From Bdellovibrionota bacterium (lineage in GTDB: Bacteria > Bdellovibrionota_C > UBA2361 > CALJRW01), in NCBI GenBank assembly GCA_041740355.1, contig JBGSMD010000039.1:1-64000 (forward strand): a stretch of 64,000 nt of DNA, read 5' to 3'. A model generated the notes under the pieces. The model made no database searches. It worked only from the letters and a program-made list of their open reading frames with translations, and had not been told where the DNA came from. The translations under genes were made by a program, and so were the position numbers. This document shows, piece after piece, positions 1-10,087 of the stretch; positions within the stretch are counted from its first letter, which is position 1, and every line of letters starts with the position of its first letter.

Positions 1-140
1 ATGACAAAAAATAAATTACGTATAGTTAAAATAAAGTTACTTGTTTTTTGTCATAACTATATAATTTTATTATCCCTCCGGGGGATAGATAGCTCCAAAA
101 AGTAATTTACTTACGTAATTTATTTTTTGGACTCTCTATA
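1..140. mobile_element. MITE-like element family A2 (left end cut by window edge)
   Basis: Reverse complement aligns along its length with 53063-53206; ends ...TTTTTTGGACTCTCTA-TA like family A termini. Confidence 0.75.
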
Positions 141-187
141 TTAACAGCTAGAAGCAGTACTGAAAAGTATTAATCTTTAAAGACAAT

Positions 188-1087
188 TTACAAGTTTTCT
201 AAATATTCTAAGTATTCGCTGCTCGATAAAGTCTTCGTTCCTCCAGTCTCAGCAGGTATTGTGCGCCATCTTTTATGAAACCAAACCCACTGTTCAGGAT
301 ACCTTAATAATAAAGCTTCCAAGTCTTGATGATATTTATTAATTATTTCAGTAGTTGAATGCTTTGAGGAAATTTCATTTAAATATAATTGATAATTACC
401 ATTTGGCTCTTGAAACATGAAGGCCGAAACTATTCTTGCATTTACCTTTAATCCTAATTCAATTAAAGCAGTAGGGGTCTTGCAAGGTAAATTAAAGAAA
501 TTCGTATTTAATCCTTTGGCCTTAATATCTTGATCGATTAAAACTGCCATAATTGTTTCTTTGGAGGACTCAATTAATAATTGACGAGTATCTTTTAAGC
601 TTTTTTTCCAAATTGTTTTAATTTGATATTTTTCACGCAAATGCTTGAGAAGACTTTGTAAAAGAGTTCCCCTAGCCATTCGACCAACTGTCATAATATT
701 TCCTCCACGCTTTACCACATAGGCAGCAAGCAAATCCCAATTTCCAGTATGCCCAGTTAAGGCTATTACTGGGTTGGGAGAATGAATCAGCTCCTCCCAT
801 AATTCTAGATTATTAATACTAATTTTTGATTGATGTTCTTTTAAAATTGGAAATAAATTTAATGTCTCCCAGAAATTAATTGCAAAGAAACGAAAAACCT
901 TTTTTGTGGTAACTTTAGGGGTAGGATCTTTTAATATCTTTTGTAATTGCAACTCAGCAATCCTTCGCTCTCTTTTGGCAATCATGTAAACCAAAACTCC
1001 AGTAATAACACCTAACTGCCTGCGCCAAGATAAAGGTATTTGACCTAACATTTCAATTCCAAAAATTGCTAATCTTTCTTTTATCAT
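188..1087 (-). CDS. lpxL: Lipid A lauroyl/myristoyl acyltransferase (LpxL/HtrB family)
   Basis: HxGNWD motif, DQ motif, C-terminal PEQWVWFHKRW. Confidence 0.8.
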   Translation of the reverse strand: MIKERLAIFGIEMLGQIPLSWRRQLGVITGVLVYMIAKRERRIAELQLQKILKDPTPKVTTKKVFRFFAINFWETLNLFPILKEHQSKISINNLELWEELIHSPNPVIALTGHTGNWDLLAAYVVKRGGNIMTVGRMARGTLLQSLLKHLREKYQIKTIWKKSLKDTRQLLIESSKETIMAVLIDQDIKAKGLNTNFFNLPCKTPTALIELGLKVNARIVSAFMFQEPNGNYQLYLNEISSKHSTTEIINKYHQDLEALLLRYPEQWVWFHKRWRTIPAETGGTKTLSSSEYLEYLENL

Positions 1088-1114
1088 CTGGATTATATTA
1101 TAGGGTCTTAATTA

Positions 1115-1343
1115 TATAGTAATGACAAGAAATAATTTACTGCCTGCCTAGCCGAAGCTTCAGCGAAGGCTGGTTAGTAAATTGAACAGATTCATTACGG
1201 CGAATGCAAATCTTGAATTCTTGTCGAACCAAAGCAAAAGCTACGGCGGATATCCAAGTTTACATAGCTAAAAACAACATAAATAGTGAGTTCAAGCAAA
1301 ATCCTTAGTTTTTTAAAGTATTTTATTTTTTGGACTCACTATA
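1115..1343. mobile_element. MITE-like element family A1 (225 bp plus TA flanks) with two inserted GC-rich mini-hairpins
   Basis: TA-TAGTAATGACAAG...TTGGACTCACTA-TA; aligns with 33950-34145 and with the reverse complement of 59746-59909. Confidence 0.85.
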
Positions 1344-2433
1344 TTTCCGACTCATTCTCTTTACGATTATGCTCCTCGATATTTTTGATTAAATCAAATT
1401 CACTGACTTTATCTTTCACGATCAGGCCGATAAAATTATCATCTAAATCTAAAACTGGAATAACAGTTAAGTTAGAAGCAAGAAAAATCTGAGCAATTGC
1501 TTCTAACTTTTGATCAGTACGCACTGTAATTTGCTGGCGATCGAGCATTGCTCGCAGATACCCATCTTCTGCTAAGGCAATATTTTTAATTAATTGGGAT
1601 TTACTAACAAGACCAATAAATTTCCGTTCTTGTAGAACAGGAAAAAAATCCTGGAATGAATTAACTGCTAAGTAAACTGCGGCACGTGTCGTCATTAATG
1701 CAGAGAAACAAACTAACCTTTCTTTGGGTATAATCACATCGTTTATTTGATAACGGGAAAATTCTGCAATAATTTTATTTTTTTGAATTCGACTAACACC
1801 AAAGATACTAAATAAGACAACAATTGTAATAATTAAAAGATTTCCATACTGCAGGCTAAGAAATAGGCATAGTAGTATGAAATATTGAGCCAGCTTGTTA
1901 TAGTTACTTAGCGAATCTAATTGATTTTGAGTTAATAACTTAGCTTCTAATGTTAAGTAAGCTTTAGTTGGGTATAATGGTAATAAATTAATTACTAAAA
2001 GAAGTAATGCTAAGTTTGACCATAAATTTAAAGCTAATGTTAGCTCCTGAAAAGCTTTAGCAAGATAGCCTGTTAGCAGGCAACTAACTGCTAAAATAAA
2101 AATGGCTCCAAGAAAAGCTTGTCTTTTCTGAATGTAATTTTCCTTGGAACATTTATAAACTCCCCCAAAGGCAGTGATCTCAATACTTAAAATTGAAACA
2201 CCAAGGAGGAATTTTAAAATTAAATAATAAGAAAATTCATAGATTCCCAGCGCCATAAGATAAGACATGGCTACCCACGTTGCTAATGGATAAGTATTTA
2301 GCTCAACCCAACTACTAATAAAAATTATACCTAGCATGATTGGCAAACTCATATTTAAAAAAAGTTCGAAATGCTTACTTTTTAATAGAGTTAAATTCCA
2401 AACTGATTTTTGCTGATTTTGATTTACAAACAT
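1339..2433 (-). CDS. Site-2 protease (M50)-like membrane protein with CBS domains; catalytic motifs degenerate
   Basis: TM helices, FGG motif, YEFSY in place of HExxH, NLLPLYPTK in place of NLLPxxPLDG, C-terminal CBS-like repeats. Confidence 0.7.
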   Translation of the reverse strand: MFVNQNQQKSVWNLTLLKSKHFELFLNMSLPIMLGIIFISSWVELNTYPLATWVAMSYLMALGIYEFSYYLILKFLLGVSILSIEITAFGGVYKCSKENYIQKRQAFLGAIFILAVSCLLTGYLAKAFQELTLALNLWSNLALLLLVINLLPLYPTKAYLTLEAKLLTQNQLDSLSNYNKLAQYFILLCLFLSLQYGNLLIITIVVLFSIFGVSRIQKNKIIAEFSRYQINDVIIPKERLVCFSALMTTRAAVYLAVNSFQDFFPVLQERKFIGLVSKSQLIKNIALAEDGYLRAMLDRQQITVRTDQKLEAIAQIFLASNLTVIPVLDLDDNFIGLIVKDKVSEFDLIKNIEEHNRKENESEI

Positions 2434-2523
2434 AAAAACTTAATTGATTTGACTAACTAGTATCTTCAGAAGATAACCTTAAAAGATATTAAACTATTGC
2501 AATTACTAATATAATAAACAAGC

Positions 2524-3171
2524 TTATAGAGACCGGTCTTCTAAGTAAGCCTTCAGAAACAAACTAAAATTTTGAATATTCTCATGTAATTCTTCGAAAG
2601 TTCCATTGTTATAAATGATATAATCCGAAACGCTCATTTTCTGCTCATTTGTAGCTTGGGAATGAATTTTCCTGAGAGCTAGTTCCTTACTAATTTGATC
2701 TCTAGCTAAAATACGCTCTAATGTAATTTCTGGATCCGTAAGCACCGCTACAATTAAATCAAACCTGGTCAGCTCAACCTTAGCTTCAACAAGTAGAGGA
2801 ATTAAATATAAAACTACCTTTATTGTCTTTGGTAGATTAAAAAGTTCAACTTCTAATAGTCGCTGGACTTCAGGGTGAATAATAGCTTCTAATCTGAGCT
2901 TAGCAGAAGAATCTGAAAAAATGATCTCAGCCATTCGCCTTCGATTTAGCTTCCCACTTTGATCAAGGATACTTAAACCAAAAACATCGACTATCTGCTT
3001 TAATATCTCTAAATTCTCATTAACCGCCTTTCTTGCTAAAATATCAGCATCAATTAACTTTATATTAGGTGCCTTTAAAGCTTCCGCAACAGTACTTTTA
3101 CCGGAAGCAATCCCACCTGTAATGGCTACTAGTAAAAAATGAGGTTTTTTGTTAGTGTTATCCGATATCAT
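2524..3171 (-). CDS. coaE: Dephospho-CoA kinase
   Basis: TGGIASGKS P-loop, IDAD, LEAIIHP. Confidence 0.93.
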   Translation of the reverse strand: MISDNTNKKPHFLLVAITGGIASGKSTVAEALKAPNIKLIDADILARKAVNENLEILKQIVDVFGLSILDQSGKLNRRRMAEIIFSDSSAKLRLEAIIHPEVQRLLEVELFNLPKTIKVVLYLIPLLVEAKVELTRFDLIVAVLTDPEITLERILARDQISKELALRKIHSQATNEQKMSVSDYIIYNNGTFEELHENIQNFSLFLKAYLEDRSL

Positions 3172-3182
3172 TGGAATTCATA

Positions 3183-3380
3183 TATACTCACCGCTTTTCA
3201 TTTTATGAAAAATGAAAAGCGGTGAGCGAGCAAAATCCTGTCGTAGACAGGTTTTGCCGTAGAAAATACTACCAAACCCTACGCAATTCGGCGATTAGTA
3301 TTGGTTTTTTCTTCTACAGCGTAACTTGGCCAAAGCCAAGTTAGGTGCGAACTACGCAAATTTCATCTGCGGAGGGTTTA
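3183..3380. mobile_element. MITE-like element family B copy 1
   Basis: TA-TACTCACCGC...GCGGAGGGTT-TA; reverse complement aligns with 5411-5613; several internal hairpins. Confidence 0.8.
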
Positions 3381-3398
3381 ATATTTAAAGAAAAAATA

Positions 3399-3983
3399 AT
3401 GGCAACAGAACAAGACCCGAACTCTGACAAAGACGAAAATACAGCTATTTTAGAAACAGTACAACCAGAAGAAATTATTAAAGAACTTCCCAAAAATCAG
3501 ATCGCCGATCTAGTTGAGCTAGAGCTATCAACGGCAGTTGCCGAGGAAGAAGATGAAGATAGTGAGTTAAATGACATCAGAGAAGAGTTATCTGAGTGGA
3601 ATGCAATTGAAGAATCTTCCGAGGAAAAGCCAACGGCTCAAGAGATCAATCTAAAAGGAAAAGATGATGTTTGTGATCAAATTTTCTTAAAAAATCTTCC
3701 CAAAATGTATCTAAAGAAGTCCCCACAATTAGCACCAATTTTCAAGAAAGATCTTCTTATCAATGTTGATAATAAGTATTATTATTGCTCATTTTTACAA
3801 AACGAGCTTGTTGTTACTAAAGAAAATCGCAAAGCCGAAACACAACTTAATGTTTCAGCAGAAATTTTAGAGAAAATTTTAAATTCTCAACTTAATCCTC
3901 AAATTGCTTTATTAAATAATAAAGTATCAATTGAAGGAAACTTCAGTACAGGATTATATTTTTTCAATTTATTAAATCCCTAA
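3399..3983 (+). CDS. Acidic N-terminus plus SCP2-like sterol/lipid-binding domain protein
   Basis: C-terminal LNPQIALLNNKVSIEGN resembles SCP2; ATG 3399 preferred because the 3345 start lies inside a repeat. Confidence 0.6.
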   Translation: MATEQDPNSDKDENTAILETVQPEEIIKELPKNQIADLVELELSTAVAEEEDEDSELNDIREELSEWNAIEESSEEKPTAQEINLKGKDDVCDQIFLKNLPKMYLKKSPQLAPIFKKDLLINVDNKYYYCSFLQNELVVTKENRKAETQLNVSAEILEKILNSQLNPQIALLNNKVSIEGNFSTGLYFFNLLNP

Positions 3984-4047
3984 GATCATCTAATTGTAAG
4001 CTAATCACTAGTGTAATTGATCAAAAAATATAATCGCTTAAGACACA

Positions 4048-5211
4048 ATGACTTTTGAAGAGAGCCTCAGATTAAAGAGGAAATTTCACCAATTAAAACT
4101 GACTGTTTTCGCAGAAAGCAGTAATTATCTAGACTTGTCTATAGTTAATCCTGATTTACAACCTGAAAAACAAATTATTGATAAATTATTAGAATTTAGT
4201 TTACAAAACAATGCCCACCGTTACTCCTCGGCTCAAGGTTTACCAGAGTTAAGACAAGCAATTGCCCAGCGCTACGAAAATAAATATCAAGTAAAAGTCA
4301 ATTGGGAAGAACAGGTGACGATCGCTCGTGGAACAAATGCAGCTATTTCCAATATTTTCAATCTATTTTACAAAAAACACCTTCGTAAACCTACAATATT
4401 ACTTCCCGTTCCTACGTACTCCATGCATCTAGAGCTTGCTCGGCAATCAGCTTATAATTGTTGTTTTTACAGCTTAGATTGCGATGAAGTAAACTTAAAA
4501 AATAATCTCATTAAATTAATCAATGAAAACGAAATTGATATCTTATTAATGAACTTCCCTAATAACCCTACTGGAAAAATTGTTTCCAAAAATTTTTATG
4601 ATTCGTTAATAACAGAACTACCTGATCAAAAGCTTTGGATAGTGAATGACTTTGTATATGCCGATCTCACATATGAAGCGAACTCAGCTCCAAGTCTACT
4701 TGCCAATAACACAAATAATTTTCTATTTGAAATTTTTAGCCTATCGAAAAGCCATTCTTTAGCTGGTTGGCGATTAGCATTAATCTTGGGTCATCCCGAA
4801 TTGATTAAAGAATTAATTCAAAATCAAACGGAAATTGACTATGGTAGTTACCAAGGATTTCAAAGAGCACTTGCCTTTGCCCTCTGTTCTGAACAGGACT
4901 ATTCCAGAGTTACTTGCAACACCTACCAACATCGCTGGAAGTTACTTGCTGGCCGATTAATTAATTTAGAAATCGAAATTAAGTCTGATCAATCTGGTTG
5001 TTTTCTCTGGTGTAAACTACCAGATAGTTTTGATAAAAATAGCTATCAATTTTGTGAGGAATTGCTACAGACACAAAATCTAGCCATTCAACCAGGGGAA
5101 ATTTTTGGTGAAAATTTAGAAAGGTATTTTCGTGTTGCACTAACAGCAAACGACACTCAGCTAACTCTAGCGGCAGATCGAATAGAGCAACTTCTTAAAG
5201 GATTAAGATAA
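4048..5211 (+). CDS. PLP-dependent aminotransferase class I/II
   Basis: NFPNNPTG, DFVY, SLSKSHSLAGWR (PLP lysine), PG..FG, YFR. Confidence 0.88.
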   Translation: MTFEESLRLKRKFHQLKLTVFAESSNYLDLSIVNPDLQPEKQIIDKLLEFSLQNNAHRYSSAQGLPELRQAIAQRYENKYQVKVNWEEQVTIARGTNAAISNIFNLFYKKHLRKPTILLPVPTYSMHLELARQSAYNCCFYSLDCDEVNLKNNLIKLINENEIDILLMNFPNNPTGKIVSKNFYDSLITELPDQKLWIVNDFVYADLTYEANSAPSLLANNTNNFLFEIFSLSKSHSLAGWRLALILGHPELIKELIQNQTEIDYGSYQGFQRALAFALCSEQDYSRVTCNTYQHRWKLLAGRLINLEIEIKSDQSGCFLWCKLPDSFDKNSYQFCEELLQTQNLAIQPGEIFGENLERYFRVALTANDTQLTLAADRIEQLLKGLR

Positions 5212-5410
5212 AATTTAGCGATATGGGAAAGGGTTTAATTCCATTATCTTAATCAAGTTCTACTTTCACCTTGGAAACATAGTTATAATTAAATGACTAA
5301 TCTCAACTATAATATTAGTCAATAAATACAGTAAGTTATCTCATAAACAAAATTTTCCATCTAGCCCGTTTTCTATTTGAACGTTACAATCAATAATGTA
5401 GTTAAGGTTT

Positions 5411-5613
5411 TAAACCCTCCGCAAATGATATTTGCAGAGGGCGAGCGTAGTCCTGTAGTAAACTAAGTTATGCCGGAAAAGACAAAACCAATACTCACCG
5501 CTCATTAGCGTAGAGTTTGGTAGTGTTTTCTAAGGCAAAACCTGTCCGTGACAAGATTTTGCTCGCTCACCTTACTTTTCATTTTTACTCAAAAATGAAA
5601 AGTGGTGAGTATA
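5411..5613. mobile_element. MITE-like element family B copy 2 (inverted relative to copy 1)
   Basis: TA-AACCCTCCGC...GGTGAGTA-TA; aligns with the reverse complement of 3183-3380. Confidence 0.8.
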
Positions 5614-5709
5614 TCTCTATCTCTGTTTTTGGTTAGATTGACTTTACCAAAGTCTCGACGAGACCAAGTATTTTGATGGTAGTATGTTTTGTTCATTTTT
5701 TGAGGTGTA

Positions 5710-6879
5710 ATGGTTAGTCCAGCAAAATTAAAATTACTTAGACCAGACTCTTTTCAAAAAAGAGATATCGACTTTCAAGTTGCCGAGGGAGGAAATGAGC
5801 GTTTTCATTCTTTATTTGGATTAATTAATTTATCCGAAGCATCTCGAGCTGAAATTTCTAATTATTTTATCGATCGATATTCTAGCTCTGGTGAGATCGT
5901 CCTTGATCCTTTTTGTGGTTCAGGCAACATTCCACTAGCAGTAGCATTATCGGGGCGTATACCTTATTGTAGTGACCTATATCCACTTGCTCTTTGCATG
6001 ACAGCGGCCAAACTTCAGCCAGCAGACATCACTGAAGTTACTCTTTTCTTACAATCAATTAATTTTAAAAAACCTGTAGCTTTTGATGCTAACCTTAAGG
6101 CCTTAGAAGAGTTCTATGACTCAGAAACACTTCGAGAATTAATTAACTTAAAGAAGACTTTGCTTAATTCCTACAAGCCGACGGCTCGTTTTTTAGAAGT
6201 CGTCACTTGGAGTATCTTAAATGGTAATAACAGTAGCTTTTTATCGGTTTTTACAAATCCACAAGTTAGCTTATCTCCAGAAATCCAAAAACAATTAAAT
6301 ATCGAAAGAAGACAGCGCCCGGAGTATCGTTCTGTTCTTCCAAGATTATTAAAAAAGACTGCTCATGTAACGAGTGATGGACTTCCATCAATTCTAAGTA
6401 AGATCTCGGAATTAACAGTCTTTAAGGCTACAGATGCTAGAGATTTATCGTTTCTCAACAAGCCAATTATTAATATGATTCTGACAAGTGTGCCTTTACC
6501 AGTACATGCTGTTAATCCAGCTGACCATTGGCTCAAGCACTGGTTTTCAGATTTAGATTGCGCTAAAAATACGCCTCATACATCAAGTATCGAGGAGTGG
6601 CTTGGATTTATGAATGAAACTCTCACGGAATTTGCTCGAGTTTTAATACCAGGTCGCTTTGCGATTCTCCACCTAAAAGATATTAATCATAATGCTAGGA
6701 TTGTAGATTTATCAGATCCATTAATTGCCATGATTGAAAAAGATCTTGCGTATTACTGGCAACCAGTCGAATTACTAAACAGCAAACAAAATTCAGTCCA
6801 ATTAAAAAATGCTCTTAAATCACGTTCTGACAGTATTCGCTCGCTAAGCGATCATTATTTAATTTTAAAAAGAAAGTAG
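5710..6879 (+). CDS. N4/N6 DNA methyltransferase-like protein, motif IV degenerate
   Basis: VLDPFCGSG motif I, DARDL, TSVPLP instead of TSPPY/F, ARVLIPG. Confidence 0.6.
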   Translation: MVSPAKLKLLRPDSFQKRDIDFQVAEGGNERFHSLFGLINLSEASRAEISNYFIDRYSSSGEIVLDPFCGSGNIPLAVALSGRIPYCSDLYPLALCMTAAKLQPADITEVTLFLQSINFKKPVAFDANLKALEEFYDSETLRELINLKKTLLNSYKPTARFLEVVTWSILNGNNSSFLSVFTNPQVSLSPEIQKQLNIERRQRPEYRSVLPRLLKKTAHVTSDGLPSILSKISELTVFKATDARDLSFLNKPIINMILTSVPLPVHAVNPADHWLKHWFSDLDCAKNTPHTSSIEEWLGFMNETLTEFARVLIPGRFAILHLKDINHNARIVDLSDPLIAMIEKDLAYYWQPVELLNSKQNSVQLKNALKSRSDSIRSLSDHYLILKRK

Positions 6880-6886
6880 TGGATTA

Positions 6887-8320
6887 ATGTCATCATTACC
6901 ATTGCAGCTTTCAGTCCCTAGAATATTTATTTCTGGTGTTAGTAATAATTGCTCCGCGGAACAACTTACTCTGGTTCTTGCTAACTTTTTAAAAGATCAA
7001 GGACTGGCCGTTTCTGTTGCTATCTATGGAACTCACTTTAATCTTGCACAGACTTTCAGAGAAAATTTAGGACGTTTTGTTCCTTGCTTGGAACCACGCT
7101 TGGAATCCTTCGATCAAATGTTAGTGGATCTTTATACCAGTGCAATAGGAGCTCAGATTCAATTAATTTGTTCACCAACTGGATTTTTTGACGGTCCCAC
7201 AATTGCAAGTTTTGCTAATAGTCCAGCGGAACTTGCGATTCGAACTGGTACTCCAACTATTCTATGCGTAAACTCCGAGGGTTTAGGAAATGGAATCATT
7301 CCTCAGATCAAGGGATTTAAAAGCTTTGCCAATGGACTTAGTCTTGCAGGAATCTTTAATTTGGATGCTCGTGAAAATTTAAGTTCTGATGATTTAGCAA
7401 ATAACTCAAATTCATATCGACGTCTTATTTGTGAATACTTCCCGGAGTTTATTGTAATTAACGCACCTTTAAAACTTGCTCAAGACTTTCACTTACCGCA
7501 TGGTATCAATAATCAGTTTGATTTTAAATTCCAAAGACGTGAACCGCGAATAGAATTTGCCAAAAAAATAACTGCCCAATTAGATATTGAGTCACTGTTT
7601 AATGCAGCTAGACAAGCTCCTGCCATCTTATTAAATAGCTTTCAAGCATCTCCACAAAAAAGCGTTTGCCGAATTGGAGTTGCCTTAGACTCCGCCTTTA
7701 ACTTGTTATATCAAAATAATTTAATTTTACTCAGATATTTAGGCGCAGAGCTAATTCAATTTTCTCCTCTGGTTGATAATAAACTCCCAAACAACATCTC
7801 AGGTCTTTATCTTCCTGGCATACAGTTAATGGATTACTGGAAAGATCTATTAAAATCAGAAAATTTTTATTTATCGCTAAAAAATTTTCTTGATAATGGA
7901 GGTGTAATTTATTCCGAAGGAACATCTTTTACAATACTTGTAAAACAACTAACTGACATCACAACTAAATCTGAATTACTTGCAGAACATCAAATTGACC
8001 TTAATCTTGCGATAACCTTCAAAGACTCTCAATTATACTTTTCGGAAGCCAAACTGCTAATAGAGAATTCTATTGGTAACCCAGAAGTACCAATAGGATT
8101 TTGTCTACAGAATAATGCTAAGCATTTAGAATTAGAAACGAATACCAACGTGCTATTCGATCTAGGAACTGGGATTGGTGCTGATTTGCATAATTTCCAA
8201 TTGCTAAGTAGATCTAAGACTATCTCGTCCTTTAATACCAATGGATATTTAAACTTTTCCTCTAATGCAATCATACCATTCAATTTTATCAATGCTTGTC
8301 GAGCCGCTAAGCCTGGATAG
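6887..8320 (+). CDS. Cobyrinate a,c-diamide synthase (CbiA/CobB)-like protein, degenerate
   Basis: GFFDG, SPAELA, IGVALDSAFN, LGAELIQFSPLVD, GLYLPG; P-loop GKT and glutaminase ECGG absent. Confidence 0.7.
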   Translation: MSSLPLQLSVPRIFISGVSNNCSAEQLTLVLANFLKDQGLAVSVAIYGTHFNLAQTFRENLGRFVPCLEPRLESFDQMLVDLYTSAIGAQIQLICSPTGFFDGPTIASFANSPAELAIRTGTPTILCVNSEGLGNGIIPQIKGFKSFANGLSLAGIFNLDARENLSSDDLANNSNSYRRLICEYFPEFIVINAPLKLAQDFHLPHGINNQFDFKFQRREPRIEFAKKITAQLDIESLFNAARQAPAILLNSFQASPQKSVCRIGVALDSAFNLLYQNNLILLRYLGAELIQFSPLVDNKLPNNISGLYLPGIQLMDYWKDLLKSENFYLSLKNFLDNGGVIYSEGTSFTILVKQLTDITTKSELLAEHQIDLNLAITFKDSQLYFSEAKLLIENSIGNPEVPIGFCLQNNAKHLELETNTNVLFDLGTGIGADLHNFQLLSRSKTISSFNTNGYLNFSSNAIIPFNFINACRAAKPG

Positions 8321-8380
8321 TAATCCTAGTTTTTTTTATAAAAATAGATTTCACAGATCTAAATTTTTAGTTGGATCATA

Positions 8381-10087
8381 ATGGCTCAAAAAGTAATCGG
8401 TCATCTTTCGGGACTATCCTCTAAAGAAATCAGAGAATTAGAACGTTTCTTTAGCAGAAATATCCAAACTTCGGAGATAGTCAGCCAAGATCTTGCTCGA
8501 GAATTAATATTGAAAGCGGACGAACTGAAAAGAAAGTTAGGTTTACTGATAGATCGCAATGCTCGTATTGTTAGTGTGATCGTTGGGGAGAATGACTTAT
8601 TATATTTACCAGATCTTGGAAGACTTAGAACCGCGACTGGTAGTCTAAGAAAGCTAAGGCTTGTCCAAACAGAATTCTCCAAGAAGGCGGAGGTCAAGAT
8701 ACCTCAAGATGTGCTAACAGATTTAGAAAAGTTACGACTTGATAGCGTTGTTGTTGTTAAACTAGAATCAAATCAGGTAAAATTATCCTGGGCCTGGCTC
8801 GTTCCGAGAGAGTCAAACGAGCAAGCGACCTATGATATCCAAGAAGAAGTATTTTTACATCAACTAGATTTTAACTATCTCGAATGGATTCAAGATCTCG
8901 AACAGGAATTAAGCTCCACAAGAACAAAGTCTAAAAGTAACCTAACGGATCGAGCTCTGATTATTGGTGTTTACTCTAAAGGCAGAGTTAATATTCCAAG
9001 TCGCATGTTGGAAATGAGAGAGTTAGCCAGAACAGCTGAAGTTGAGATTGTTGGGGAATATCTTCAGCAACGAAAATTGGATCCAAAAACTTTAGTAGGT
9101 AAGGGTAAATTAACAGAAATCACCTTAGAAGCTTTACGACTTGATGCCAACTTATTAATTTTTGATCGAGAGCTAACACCAGGTCAGTGGCGAAGTATCA
9201 ACACTTTGACAGACTTAAAGGTAATTGACCGTAGTATGTTAATCTTAGATATCTTTGCGCTACGTGCGAAAAGCAGTGATGGTAAATTACAAGTAGAGCT
9301 CGCTCAGTTAAAATATAATCTACCTAAATTAACTGATATGGATAGCGGTATGTCTCGACTAACTGGAGGAATTGGAGGTAGGGGACCGGGTGAAACCAAA
9401 CTGGAAGTTAGTCGCCGTTATTATCGGGATCGAATTAAACTTCTGGAAGATCAAATTGACAAGTTAGGTAATCAAAGAGAACTACGTCGACAAAAAAGGG
9501 TCGGGAAACCAGTTCCACTAGTCGCCCTTGTTGGCTATACCAATGTTGGTAAATCATCACTCTTTAATGCCTTATCAAAAGCCGAGGCTCTAGTTGAGAA
9601 TAAGTTATTTGCAACGCTCGATCCAACTCAACGCCGAATATTTCTTGAGACACCAGAAGATTCAGAAGCCTATCAAAATGGTTCGTATGGGCAAAATCTG
9701 GTTTTAATTGATACGGTTGGGTTCATTCGTGAACTTCCACAGGAGTTAAAGAAAGCTTTTCGTGCGACACTGGAAGAAATCGGGAATGCCGATCTTATTC
9801 TTCATATTCATGATGCTAGTGATCCAGAAATTCAAGAACGACATCAGGCGGTGGAACAACAAATCGCCGATGCTGGTTTTGGTGATATTCCTAAAGTTAA
9901 TATCTTGAATAAAATTGATCTAACCGAAGAAGGGGAGCTGAAGGATTTAATACAAGATTGGTCAGCAATCTGTGTTTCGGCAATTGAGAGAACAAATTTT
10001 CAAGAATTACGCTCCGAGCTATACAAGACTTTTAGCAAGGAAACTTACCAGACTACAGTCAAACCCGAAAAAGAGGATTGGGAGTAA
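8381..10087 (+). CDS. hflX: GTPase HflX (long N-terminal form)
   Basis: GGIGGRGPGETKLE, GYTNVGKS, LFATLD, DTVG, NKID. Confidence 0.95.
   Translation: MAQKVIGHLSGLSSKEIRELERFFSRNIQTSEIVSQDLARELILKADELKRKLGLLIDRNARIVSVIVGENDLLYLPDLGRLRTATGSLRKLRLVQTEFSKKAEVKIPQDVLTDLEKLRLDSVVVVKLESNQVKLSWAWLVPRESNEQATYDIQEEVFLHQLDFNYLEWIQDLEQELSSTRTKSKSNLTDRALIIGVYSKGRVNIPSRMLEMRELARTAEVEIVGEYLQQRKLDPKTLVGKGKLTEITLEALRLDANLLIFDRELTPGQWRSINTLTDLKVIDRSMLILDIFALRAKSSDGKLQVELAQLKYNLPKLTDMDSGMSRLTGGIGGRGPGETKLEVSRRYYRDRIKLLEDQIDKLGNQRELRRQKRVGKPVPLVALVGYTNVGKSSLFNALSKAEALVENKLFATLDPTQRRIFLETPEDSEAYQNGSYGQNLVLIDTVGFIRELPQELKKAFRATLEEIGNADLILHIHDASDPEIQERHQAVEQQIADAGFGDIPKVNILNKIDLTEEGELKDLIQDWSAICVSAIERTNFQELRSELYKTFSKETYQTTVKPEKEDWE

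Noticed and set aside
1286-1492. 68-aa ORF and the other short antisense ORFs in the track (e.g. 8401, 14271, 15552, 59781)
   Set aside because: Shadow ORFs opposite well-supported genes or inside MITEs
3345-3398. N-terminal extensions of the SCP2-like protein and of AccD (48032-48169)
   Set aside because: They start inside repeats; downstream ATGs give normal N-termini
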